DNA of 51,274 bases, the filler included, from Squatina squatina (Eukaryota), in NCBI GenBank assembly GCA_031763465.1. It is 3 parts of 2 records of this genome, joined end to end, with 100 filler letters (N's around TTAATTAATTAA, not from the genome) between each part and the next. Parts side by side here need not be neighbours in the genome. Positions count along the whole stretch, not along the records: positions 35,296 to 51,274 come from JARFOE010000046.1; 2 more parts are not named here. One strand, written 5' to 3'. Shown in pieces: positions 35,296-47,712 of this stretch (its first letter is position 1; every line of letters starts with the position of its first letter). The translations under genes and the position numbers were made by a program. The notes beneath the pieces were generated by a model. That model was not told the origin of the DNA, ran no database searches, and worked only from the letters and a program-made list of their open reading frames with translations.

Positions 35296-35482
35296 ACAAC
35301 CTGAGCTTTTATCGCACTGGTTCCCTCCCCCTCCCTTACTGCTTACCTAACAGAACCTTCGCCGCACGGACTGCAGAGGTTGAAGAACGTAACTCCCCAC
35401 CATCTTCTCAAGGGCAACTAGCGATGGACAATAAATGCCGGATTGCCAGCGATGCCCACATCATGAGAATGAATTTAAAAAA
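35296..35482 (+). mobile_element. LINE 3' end (same family as 29224-29828)
   Basis: ctcaagggcaactagcgatggacaataaatgccggattgccagcgatgcccacatc. Confidence 0.8.
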
Positions 35483-36924
35483 TGTTTTTAAAGGCGGGAC
35501 ACTGACTTGGCTAATTATTCCTGTGGGTGTTTGAAGGTTTCTACTAATAATCAAGCTATTCACTAATTAGTTCTTCCTTAAAGGGCCTTGATTGCAATGC
35601 CCAAATGTCGAGAATGAATATTAAAAAACTGAAATTAATTGAAGGAAATAACATCCTCAAGAGGGAATAGGGTGCTTGTTACTGTTGCTGAAATAATTCA
35701 TTAAATAAAGGCAAACCAGTCCTTTAAGGTGAGCTTGTTTGACATGGGTGCATGAGGTGTGCTATTCATGTTGTGTCATTCAAGTGGAAGTGTTGCAGTC
35801 AATTCTCACTATGAAGTAAGTGGAAAAGGAGATGATCAGAAATGATGATACCATAGGAACGGTAACCTGGTGGGAATTATACAGTCTCCTTTGCAAGTAC
35901 TCTGGATGCTGGTAGCCAAACTGAGTAAATTCAGTACAGTCATCTCGCCTACAAAACGGGCAACCAGCACTTGAAAGTCTGGTTGGAACCCAGCGTGCCC
36001 ATTTGCCCGCCTGAATCAACTTTCAGGCAGACTTTCAAGTGGGTACCCAGCACTCCTGCTCTATCCAAGGGCAAGGCTGTAGGACCCCAGTTGCAAATTT
36101 CAAAGAGAAATAGGTATACCTTAGGGAAAGAAAAATCTGAGGGAGATCAGAAGGTCCACAGGTCCTGGGTGAGAATGATTCAGAGTGGGAGATGGTGTGA
36201 GGAATCTTAATTTTGAACATAATAAAAAAGCAGGGAGGGGGATTTGTGTGTAGCGTTGTGTGTTTAAAGCTTAAGAAGGCAGCAATGAGGATAGCAGTAT
36301 CAACAAAGTAGGGAGAGACAAGAAAGCGGCAATGAAGGCTGCAGAGATGAATTGTTACTTTGACACTGATGCACAGCACTTTCAGCTCTGTCAAAGTGAC
36401 AGCATCATTCCAGAGTCAGATCCTAATTTTGACTGCAAACATGTGGAAGCCAAGTGGTGTGGGACCCGAGCAGGAAGGTTTGGGCTCGACACTGTCCGAA
36501 GCATAATTCCAATGTCATGTCAAGTAGTTTTAAAAATGCATCAAGTATTCCCCTGGACGGACCTCCAGTATACTTTCTAAACTCACTGCATATTCGTTTT
36601 TATGAAGTGAACACTTCTGCTTGAGCTCTCAAAAAATTAAAAATGTACTGGCAGAGAGAATGGAGCTCTGTGCACATGTGAAAGCATCTACAGAGCTTCA
36701 CTCTCCAGGTGGTCAGAGTGCAATTTTCAGTCTGCTGCATAACTTATGTTGTTGGCTGTGCTAACACTAAACAGTTTTCTCTGACTGGTATTGCAATATA
36801 ACCAAAGTTTAGTGATACATAAACATTTCAATCAATTACAGTACATTATTTTGTTTTGAGTATAAATGTAAATATATAAAATGTATATGTAAATGATTTG
36901 TGTGAGATATGGACCTAGTTAGGT

Positions 36925-36941
36925 GTCAGCCTTGGCTCAGT

Positions 36942-36977
<36 letters not shown>

Positions 36978-37350
36978 CTCAAGCTCCAATCCAGAGACTT
37001 GAGCACATAATCCAGCCTAGTACTTCAGTGCAGTATTGAGGAAGTGCTGCACTGGCAGAGGTGCCATCTTTTAATTGAGATGTTAAAGTCAGGTCTTGCA
37101 TGATCCCTCAGGTGAATGTAAAAGATCTAATGACACTGTTCAAAGAAGAGTAGGGGAGATTTCTTTGTGACCTTGCCAATATTTATCTCTGAACCGGCAA
37201 CATCTGAAAAAAAAAAAGATTTTCTGCAGATGCTGTTTATGGGAACTTGCTGTGCAAATTAGCTGCTGAATTTCCCTACATTACAACAATGACTTCAATT
37301 CAAAAGTACTTCATTGGCTGTAAAGCACTTTGGAACCGCCTGAAGTCCTT
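36925..37350 (+). mobile_element. Near full-length tRNA-derived Deu-domain SINE (SacSINE1-like)
   Basis: A-box-like tggctcagtggt, tRNA-like head, Deu core gaggtgccatctttt...gagatgttaaa, tail attggctgtaaagcactttgg. Confidence 0.85.
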
Positions 37351-37759
37351 TCCTTTCCATTTCCTTTTAATTCATTTATCAGATCTTGCACTATATTGTC
37401 TGTCTGTGCACCATCAATTGATCCATGAACTGATCTATACACTCCTGCTTGAGTATTTGCAACCTGATTAAATGAAGAATCAGTGTCAAACATTTATGGT
37501 AATGTAGTATTGCTTATTTATGAGTGAATTTCCATGGAAAGAAAATCACAGAAAATGTTGATTTTGTGCTCATTTTTTTCTGATCAATTTTGTCTATGGT
37601 TTGACAAAAAAACACACATGTATGTTCAATGTGAAAAATAGGAAGAGGGACAACAACAACTTCAATTTATGTAACACGCTTAAAGTTGTAAAAATGTCCC
37701 AAGGCTCTTCACAGGAGCATTATCAAATTTGACACTGAGCCACACAAGGAGCTGTTGGG

Positions 37760-37836
37760 ACAAAAGCGAAATACTGCAGATGCTGGAATCTAGAATACAA
37801 ACAAAAATTGCTGGAAAAACTCAGCAGGTCAGGCAG
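37760..37836 (-). mobile_element. Penelope-like terminal repeat fragment
   Basis: tgctggaaaaactcagcaggtcaggca is the reverse complement of the motif near 25003-25030. Confidence 0.6.
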
Positions 37837-38699
37837 NNNNNNNNNNNNNNNNNNNNNNNNNNNNNNNNNNNNNNNNNNNNNNNNNNNNNNNNNNNNNNNN
37901 NNNNNNNNNNNNNNNNNNNNNNNNNNNNNNNNNNNNCCTTAAATTAAATCAAATCCAATCCCAATATAATAAAATCTTAATATTTTCAATCCTGAATAGA
38001 TTATGGCCAGTTACGTAAAGAAGCACTTTGCCGTGGCTTGATGATTTGGCTAACCTTTTGCTTAGGAGGGAGAAGAGTCACAAGTATTGTGTGATATATC
38101 CATCACGGTGAAATTATACATAAGTTACATAGTGATACATTTTCATAAAATTTACACCATTGCATTGTACATTTGTAAACAAATGAAGGTTTGCCAGACA
38201 CTTTTCTATGAAGTTGACACCCCTTTAAAAGAGGTACACTCACCATCAACACTCCTTTTAAAATGCAATATTTACAAAGAATTAATTTTAAGTCCTTTTT
38301 GTTTCTTTCTGCCTGCTTCAAGTAATGTTTTAAGTATTTCTGTTTATACATGAAATACTGAAGACTTCACTGGTAGATCTGGCTTGGAGCAATTACCAGT
38401 ATTTAGGGAGTAGAATTAATATGAACAGGGATACAATCATCAATCCTGCTTCAGCGATCGTGCCATTTAAACTGTGTTTTAATCCAGCTTCCTTACATTG
38501 CTGGACAGGGTAATTGCTTCTAGCTAGTTCCCTCAACAATCTTATTAGAAATCACTATTTAAACAGAAAAATCTAGAAATAAACAGAAATGGACAGAAAT
38601 AAACTAAAGGATGTTAAGATGAATCCGAGTTCTTTGTAACCATTTTATTTTTTTAAAAGGGATCCTAATGGTTAGACTCCCTCTTTAAATGCCAGTTGC

Positions 38700-39360
38700 C
38701 ATTCATTAGTACAACTGCTGAGGCTCTCCAGATCCTGCTGAACTAATATCTGCCTCTGCTACGCGTTTCCCCCTCCCACGCATACTTATGTCAATGGCAA
38801 ACATTGTAATTTTGCTTCTGATCTCATCAAGGTCACTTGTGCAGATTGTGAACGGTATCAATTAGAGTAGTAATCTCCAGGGAACCCTGTTGCTTCACTA
38901 CAACTCTGTTGATTATCCATTTATAATGATACGGCTTTCTTATTGTCAAGTCATTCTTCTATTCACTTCACCAATTCTGTGAGCCCTCACCTCTCTGCAT
39001 TCAGAACTACTTTGTCAGGTGCCTTTATATAACATTTACTGGACTGCTCCTGTCTACTGACATTTTAACATCCTTAGAAGAATCCAGTAAATTGGTAAGG
39101 TACAATCATCTGCTCGTAAATCCATGTCACCTTTCATGAATCATATTTGTTTTGGCTCAAGTATATGGGTTATGTGTCTTAAAATAATCCCTAGTTTTTT
39201 ATTGCTACTGATGGCTGTCTAACCAGCTCATAATTTCCAAGGTCATGCCTGTGTCATTTCTGAATGAAATATTCAATATTTCTGTTTTTTGGGTATCACC
39301 CCAATTCTTTCTGAGCTGTTAACGACTTCGGTTGTATCTCTGTTACCTTGTCCCTCACTT
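38700..39360 (-). mobile_element. Highly decayed CR1 RT fragment
   Basis: aatccagtaaattggtaaggtacaatcatctgctcgtaaatccatg parallels aaattcactcggttcgtcagacatgacttaccgtttataaatccatg in the CR1 copy near 21850. Confidence 0.5.
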
Positions 39361-39666
39361 TCTAAATGGGAAACTCTAGTAACTTTATTGGTCGACATTA
39401 AACTGACTTACGGGGATCCTGAAATGAAAAGGAAATAGCAAAACGTATGGGTTAAGCATTTTTATTTTCTAACGGCCTTAGCATAATGAAGATGCGATTG
39501 AATATATGCATATATGGGATGAGGGGAAGGGGAGTTTGGCTTGACCTGACTCTGTGATTCATCATTAATAATTCACAATTAATTCTCAACAAACTGGCTG
39601 CTTCCAGCGTAGAAGTGGGGGATAGCTCATTGAGCTGGAATAAAAAGACTTTGTATTGAAAATATT

Positions 39667-39944
39667 GGCCCTGAAATCACGATCTCCCCGGGTGGGAATG
39701 ATGTTCCCACACACCCAGGGAGACATCACAACTGCTGGTTTTGTGGCTGCAATGCGAAAGCCCGCAGAACCGGCATTTGCGATCTGTCAAGATCATACGC
39801 TTAGCCAGGAAAACTGATTTCTAACACTGAGTTTTGCGAGATTTTTGCAAAACTTGCACGGGAAATCTGTTTATACACATGGTAAAACCTAGCGTATATG
39901 CTTGGTTTTACCAGCGTAAGAGTTTTAAAAAAAAATTTAAATCA
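39667..39944. mobile_element. Probable non-autonomous DNA transposon (MITE-like) end
   Basis: Begins ggccctgaaatcacgatc, similar to ggccctgaatttgtgatc at 47351; internal palindrome at 39880-39913; runs into a gap. Confidence 0.4.
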
Positions 39945-40044
39945 NNNNNNNNNNNNNNNNNNNNNNNNNNNNNNNNNNNNNNNNNNNNNNNNNNNNNNNN
40001 NNNNNNNNNNNNNNNNNNNNNNNNNNNNNNNNNNNNNNNNNNNN

Positions 40045-40765
40045 GGACAGACTAAGGACATATCTAGCCATCCAAAACTGAGCCTCCATGAGGCTACCAA
40101 TGCAATTTGTAACCTCATGGCTCAGCACATCCCGATCTCCTCAATCACCAGCAAGCCAAAAAGAAATAATGCTGCTTTCATAGGGAACGTAGAAAGGCAT
40201 GCCAAGACAAACCCCAGGCATGACCCAACTTACTGAAGGTACAACACAGGGCTACCTGCATATTATGCAACAAAAGCAGCAGCTAAAGACAGTGCTAAGC
40301 AGTTCCCCCAACTAATAGATCAGACCAAAGCTCTGCAGCCCTATCAAAATGAGTGGTGGTGGGCAATGAGGCAACCAACAGGAGGAAGAACATCTGTCAT
40401 GCCCCGCAAGTGAGTGCAAGACATAAGATGAAGTATTTATAAGCATCATGAGTCAAAAACCAATGTGAGGCTGTTTGTTGATGATTCCCAAGCATTCAAC
40501 TCTATTCAAAACTCCTCTATTAGTGTACCAGGCCATGGTAGCCTATATCAGGATCTGGATAACATCCAGACTTGGGTTGACATGTGGCAGGTAACATTCA
40601 TATCATACAAGTGGTGGGCAATCACTATCTCCAATAAGAAAAGGCCCAAATACCTACCAAGGATTTTCAAAACACCATCATCTCTGAGTCCCCCATCATT
40701 AACCAGAAGCGTAACTAGGCTAGCCATATCAACAATGTGGCTATGAAAGGTTAGAGGTTGGCTAC
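40045..40765 (+). mobile_element. Decayed LINE ORF2 (RT) fragment
   Basis: RLFVDDS...QDLDNIQTWVDMWQVTF...ITISNK, a [Y/F]ADD-like motif followed by the W...W motif. Confidence 0.75.
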
Positions 40766-43700
40766 NNNNNNNNNNNNNNNNNNNNNNNNNNNNNNNNNNN
40801 NNNNNNNNNNNNNNNNNNNNNNNNNNNNNNNNNNNNNNNNNNNNNNNNNNNNNNNNNNNNNNNNNCCCATGGCCTTATGTGAAAAAGACTGGGGAGCTTT
40901 CCCCTGATGCCTGGCGAATATGTTTCCCACAACTAACATGTCAAAGCAAAGAAGATCAACTGGTCATTCATCTTATTACTGTTTGTGGGACATTGCTGTC
41001 TTCAAACTGGCTGCCACATTTCCTATATAATAGTCACTGCATTTCAAAGTAATTAATTGGAAGGGAAATGACTTAGTTTATCTTGAACGATGTCGTGATC
41101 TGGATTTTCTCCCCAATTTCAACCCGAATCAGTGGAACCTGGGAAAATGGGTGGTGAGGCTTACCACCGGCTCACCGCCCTAACCTATAATTTCCATCCT
41201 TCACCCATTCTGGGTGGTCACCTTCATCCTGCCCGATTTCTTTGCCTTCTACTGCTGCTCTCGGGGACCAGCAGGAAAAAGGTCGCAGTAATCCCTTGGA
41301 CAGCGGTGGAAGGACCCTTGATGCTCCTTCATGTTCATTACGTTTTATTTATTCAACTCATTCGAGACCAAAAGGCCTAAAATCATTCTTTGAGAAAGAA
41401 AATATTAGTAATTTCCAGGACTAAGTATTCAATCCCACTTGAAATGTTTTAATAGAGGTTTCATATAATGTCATGGAGATTAGCAAAAGCCAACTTTAAC
41501 ACTGCCAGTCCAGCCTGATATCCCACCTCCACCAATGGTTCAGGTAGTAATTTCCCACTGGGTTTGGGCGGGAGTCCAAATTGGATCATTTAAATGAGGC
41601 CAAGGAATTAAAATTTTCTGGCTCTCGTCCTGCGAGGGGCTGTGTGGTTTGCCACTTGCCTCTGGCCCTGTACTCCATGCTAACGCCCCAAGTTAAAATC
41701 AGGCCTATGTTTTGTAAAACTGGCTAGATAGTTAAACAATTGAGGAGAAACAGGCTAACTACAGCATTATTCTAGGAAAAGCAGTGAGTGGACAAAGGTT
41801 AAGCCATGATAGTTTTGTTTTCTCTTTCTGTCATTTATCTTTGTTAATGGATCAATAGTCTAAAAGAAGTCTGCTACAATATTGATGTAAATCTTCCAAT
41901 TTGCTTTGCTTCAAGTTGGAAATAACTTAGTGAATTCCTAGTTTTACACTCAGAAACAATTAGATTGATATCACCTTGTTAATTGGTCTTCTGCTACACA
42001 ATATGCACTAACTTACTGGGTCGCTGCACTGCCTCTCAGGGTTTACACCTTTTAACTTTGCAAAAGATTTTTATTATAAAAAAGTTGGGTGATTGATTGG
42101 TGCTGTATATCATTTTACCAACCCACTTCAATATCATGCAAATATGAAGCACGTTTCTTAGAGTTGTAGACACCTCATGTCAGGGCAGTCTGACATCAAC
42201 ATGTGAGCCAACTAAGTCAACCACTCCCACCCCGCCGCCCCCCCACCATCCAGTGGAGTGGGGTGGGGGGAAGGTGGCGGGGTGGGAATGGGTGGCTTTC
42301 ATTCACTTCTTAGCAATTGGTTACAGACTGGCATTGGTAAAGACCTGGGAGCTTGGCCTCTCAGCCAGGAAGTAATACACGACTTAGGGAATCCCACAAG
42401 GACCCAGAACACTTAAATATATGCTGTCCTCATAGAAAAAAATTCTGCTTGACAAACCCATTTTTGGAGTGGGAGATGAAACAGAAGATTGGTTTATCAG
42501 TTTTCTCACAATGACATTGCTTGCAAGCAACCTGATGCATTTTGATGTATCATTACATTGTGCATTTGTAAACAAAAAAAGGGTTTCAAACATGTTTTCA
42601 TTAGGAGGATTTTATAAAATAAAAACAGGAAGAAGCAGAATGAAAGAGAAAGAAACGAAAATTAAAAAACAGTAAAATATTTTTAACAAATTGCTGCTGG
42701 CTGTTACACCAGATGCCATCGTAGACCCTCTCCCAGTACACATGAATAATGTGTGGGTTCTCTAACCCCACACTTCAGTACTGGTGCTGTGTTTACCAAG
42801 TGTAACCTGATGACATATTTCAGTTATGCTGGCATCTGCTTGGCTGCTTGGGATGTCTGTAGTGTGGTTTAGAATTTCGAGGTGTTGAAAATGATATTTA
42901 TTGAAGTAGTTGCTCTAGCTGTAAAAGCTGATGACCTTGCCTGGACTGACGGCAGAGATTCAAGATCAAATTTAAAAATCAGCTCAACTTGGGAAATAAA
43001 ATATTAGTTTGTTCTGCACTTATTTATGTAAGGAATGCACTGCTTAGAAACTTGAGATACAGTGATGCATTATCGCAGCTGTAAAAGGGACATTTACGAC
43101 AGCACATGCAATGCAGATTCCTTAATAACAATCCTGAGAACGAGGGCACCAGACAGCAGCTACTAGTGGAGATGGCAGCTTTATCTTGATGTGGAGATAA
43201 AATGTAGTCTGTTCCCAGAAAGTTGTCCACTTCAGCTTTAGTGAGAAGCCAGCTACCCATACTTTGCTCATTTTGCTTTCTCGGGGCCTGCTGATAAAAG
43301 CTGGAGTGGCTAAAGGCTGCAATAAAAATAAAAGAAAATGCCAGCACTGATGTCTTATCAGACACCATCTGGGTAAATCTACCAGTTCAGCCACTACACA
43401 TTAATTTTATTCTCTTGCACTCTGGCTAACCTCAGAAAATGTCGTATAAACAGCAAAGAGAGTGAAATAGAGGAATTCTGCAAAGAGCTTTCATCTCAGC
43501 ATTTTCTTCATTGCAGATTGANNNNNNNNNNNNNNNNNNNNNNNNNNNNNNNNNNNNNNNNNNNNNNNNNNNNNNNNNNNNNNNNNNNNNNNNNNNNNNN
43601 NNNNNNNNNNNNNNNNNNNNNCCGATGTTTAGCGCTAAAAGTGTCCTAACGCCAGTTTCGCGTCAATTTGACGCCAGAAGTTTGACCACGAATGGGCCGC

Positions 43701-45200
43701 CCCAAATCTTTTTGACTCTTCCCAGCCTCAACCAAAGAAGCAGCCCATCAATTTACAGCAAATTTATGATGTTTCTAAAGGTAAAAAAAATAAATTTGGT
43801 TAATAAATTTCAGAAACTTACTCTGGAAATCGTTCCAAATACTCTTGAAAGGCTACAAGACCTGTGAGACTCCGAAATATCATTTATTTTGATCTCTAAT
43901 ATCACAGTGATCCTTGATCATACAAAGTACTTGTACACTGGTAATATGATACTTATTTAGGGCTTATAATATAAAATTAGATCTGCTACATGGAATGGAA
44001 CAGGAAGTACCCTTAAAACAAAGCAAATAGCTTTGACAGCTGCAAAGGCAAAATGTCACGTACATTATGACACAAATCATACGATTTGCTTGAGCCTGAT
44101 TCTTGTGTGCGCTCTTTCTTTGTAGCCAGCTGCTCTCTCTATGAACAGTGCAAGACTGATGATATCAGCATGGGATCTGAGCTCAAGAAACTGTGTGAAA
44201 GTTTAGGCCACTACAAGAAATTCCCTAAAAGCATGTTTCTCTTTGGGGGAAGGGGCTATCCTTTGTATTAATGACAACCCGAACAGTCCAGCACAAATAC
44301 CTAAAGGCCAGTTTGGGGAGTGGGCTAAATTGCTCTGCTTCATTGCTACGTTTTTATGTTATTCTGCATCATGTTTGTTAGGTGTATGAAGAGGGAGTGC
44401 TACATCACCAAGACGATGGCGACCAAGACAANNNNNNNNNNNNNNNNNNNNNNNNNNNNNNNNNNNNNNNNNNNNNNNNNNNNNNNNNNNNNNNNNNNNN
44501 NNNNNNNNNNNNNNNNNNNNNNNNNNNNNNNTGCTGGTTGTCAAGCTGCTTGTACAATAAGTGGTTAGATTGAATATCCCTGGCTATTCACACAGTCACG
44601 CAGTCAAAGGCAACTCTCCAAATCTGCAAAGAACTGTATTCTAAATAACAGTCACTCCTTCCCTGTACAAATGTTTGAACCAGGTGTGGCTCACAGCAAG
44701 GTTGTCATGTGTCAGAGTGATTGGAATGTCTGTTTCCCTGCCAAAAGAATGGCAACAAGGCTTAAAATAAAACATTTTAAAAAAGAAAACTGGTGAAAAC
44801 AGAACATTTAATTGTCTTTCACATGACTATCAAAGAAATCAACACCAGTGAGAAAGAAGTATCATGAGTATATGATAGTACTATCCACAGTTCATTCTGG
44901 GTTTCTGCTAGATATCTTGTAAAAACCACTTTTAACTGTCACCAGTAAGGTAAAATACCTCCTGAAAATTGGTTCTAGTCACTTACAGCATAAAAGATGC
45001 CACTAATAACCATCACGCATCATACTATATTTCTATTGTAGTAGGATCCAGTTCATGTCTATATTAAGAACACAGTATAAAATGAAATATGTCTTTACAG
45101 NNNNNNNNNNNNNNNNNNNNNNNNNNNNNNNNNNNNNNNNNNNNNNNNNNNNNNNNNNNNNNNNNNNNNNNNNNNNNNNNNNNNNNNNNNNNNNNNNNNN

Positions 45201-45335
45201 GGAGTTCCTTCACCACAAGGACTGCAGCAGTTCAAGAAGGCGGCTCATCACCACCTTCTCAAGGGCAACTAGGGATGAGCAATAAATGCTGGCCTTGCCA
45301 GCGATGCCCACATCCCAGGAACGAATAAAAACAAT
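45201..45335 (+). mobile_element. LINE 3' end (same family as 29224-29828)
   Basis: caccacaaggactgcagcagttcaagaaggcggctcatcaccaccttctcaagggcaactagggatg...aataaatgctggccttgccagcgatgcccacatccc. Confidence 0.85.
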
Positions 45336-47519
45336 CCCCTGGTTCACTCTGACTGACCATAGCAGTGATGTACTCACTGCAAACATGACTTTTAGGAGCT
45401 GAAGTGCGCTGGCAAATGATTGATCCTGATCAGCTGATTTGATGAATTTGTCCCATGGAAACTATCTTGCCCACTTAGTGCTGCACCTGCACCCTGTTAC
45501 GATGATTTTAAGTTCCATTTGGACCCTGCCTGAAAAAAAATGTTGAAGAGCCCAATTCCGCAGTTTAAGCCAGCTGCGCAAAAACGGTACAAAAACCACG
45601 CCTCTTCGGCAACTTACATTGACAGCATGGTGCAATGCAATTGCGCCTTCAAAATGTTTATTCATACATTTTGTTCAAAATACAACAAATGATTGAATTG
45701 TAAGTTAAGGCACAGTTCCACACATCTCCAATTTCTGCAAATTGTCATTTAAATTATTAAAGTACAGGCATGTTTCCTATCTTTTCTTTGTCGGTGGAAC
45801 TGATTTCTTGCTTACCTGGCAAAAGAACAAATTAGTTTAAATGTTCGAGCAGGGGTTTTTAAAGCTAAAACCAATTCCTGACCTTTGACACAGAATTCAC
45901 TTGTCTTGTTTGTATGCTCCTAACTATCAATCCCTTAAGCTAGATAATTTTTTTCAAATACTTTCCATATATATAGCCAAGGTGATTCATGCAACATAAC
46001 TATTTTTATGTAAGGAACTGTATCTTAGTAAAGTTAATCAGCTAAAATAAATAAGATAATATTATCGTTATCACTCGATTGGTCTCACTGTGGTTGGATT
46101 AAAAGTGACCACACTCTTGTGCATGACAGAAATGTTATGGAATTGATATTGGGTTAGCCAACATGATGGTAATCATAAAATCTTCCATAATTTTTTGATA
46201 TATAATGATTATAATTTAAGATATGGAGCTGCAACTTCCTTGGCAGTGTAACTTCATTAGCAAAGCATTACAGCAATGTACAATTTGTCCTTGTATGCAT
46301 TCCTCCTTTAATCATATTGCCAAGTATGGTGAACACATCAATGTTAACACACTTCTGAGATTGTATGGTGTCTTGTCATCTCATCAGAAGTCTTCTTATA
46401 TAAATCTCAAGAGTACAACTAACTCAAACCAGCATGTGTGCTATAGTTTAAATAGATTGAACCACAAGGAGGTCAGCTAAAGGGAACCATTTTTCAGAGC
46501 GTAAATGAGGGCTCGCTGTGAATTTGACAGCTGTCTGTAATACTGCCAAATAAATAAATAAAAGTCAAAATGAATAGTCTGGAGACAAAGAGCGACAAAT
46601 GAAAAGAGAAGAAATGAGCTTGTTAGGGCTGTCTATTTTAAAGTTACTTCCCTTGGCAGTTGTACATTTGTGAAAAAGCACACACAGATTTGCAAAACAT
46701 AAACTCTGCAGACTTCATGTATTTGAATTAGGGGCCCCTTTAGGGGATAAAGCAGATTACTCAGTTTCTGGATGTGAAGACCAATTTGTAATGACAAGCC
46801 AACCAAATGATTCGGACCGAAACCATCCAACCAATACAGAAATCAAAGTGTCACTTATTTGACAGGAAGATGCCTTTGATATAGAGTTTGCAATCTGCCA
46901 GAAAATCCCCATATAGTGAAATGCATTTGCCTTTTTCTCAGTCTAAATTTCCTGGAAGTTATTGTAGATGGGACGGCTTAAATACAATGCTTTCTCTGCC
47001 ATGGTGAAATGGATTATACCATGCAGATATTGACTGAATGATTCAACTATACAATAACCATCTGGACATATTTCAGTTTCCATATAGGGAATACCTTATA
47101 GTTGTCCGTGTGACCTGCCTACATAATACGCTACCAAAAAAGTCACGAGTGAGTTACAAAATACATTTTGTCAGTAAAATCATTTTGTAAAATGCAAGTT
47201 TGAGCATAAATTTTTGCTTTTCGAGAGGCAAAATAATTCCTAAGGCAGGCTATCTACATGGTTTCTGATATTGTAATGTATTGTAAGCTGTTGATGTGAA
47301 TTATTGCAGCTTGATGATTCTGGATAGAGGCAGGGGTGGGAGAACATAATGGCCCTGAATTTGTGATCGGAGGCTTTCTGCGTGNNNNNNNNNNNNNNNN
47401 NNNNNNNNNNNNNNNNNNNNNNNNNNNNNNNNNNNNNNNNNNNNNNNNNNNNNNNNNNNNNNNNNNNNNNNNNNNNNNNNNNNNCCACAATAGTGGCCCT
47501 AGTGTTCTCTGCTGCAGAA

Positions 47520-47712
47520 TATTTTTCTGCCTCATGGTCCTGCAGCCCCCAGACAAAGTCCCAGGTCATGGAACACATCATGTCAACCTGCCCACTATGA
47601 TCTGTTGCGGGACGCACCTCATTTCACCACTCAGCATCTCAGGAGGCCATTAAATGGAGAGCCAAACTAGACATCCCAATAAAAGCTTTTCTCGTATACG
47701 AAACAACAATAA
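47520..47712 (+). mobile_element. RTE-group LINE 3' fragment (tentative)
   Basis: Q.MEHIMSTCPL resembles the C-terminal Cys/His motif of RTE-group ORFs, followed by a ...tacgaaacaacaataat tail. Confidence 0.4.

Noticed and set aside
36925-37000. tRNA gene
   Set aside because: tRNA-derived SINE head with a degenerate B box, continuous with the Deu-domain body.
44122-44271. Possible exon ASCSLYEQCKTDDISMGSELKK...
   Set aside because: No recognisable family and no companion exons.
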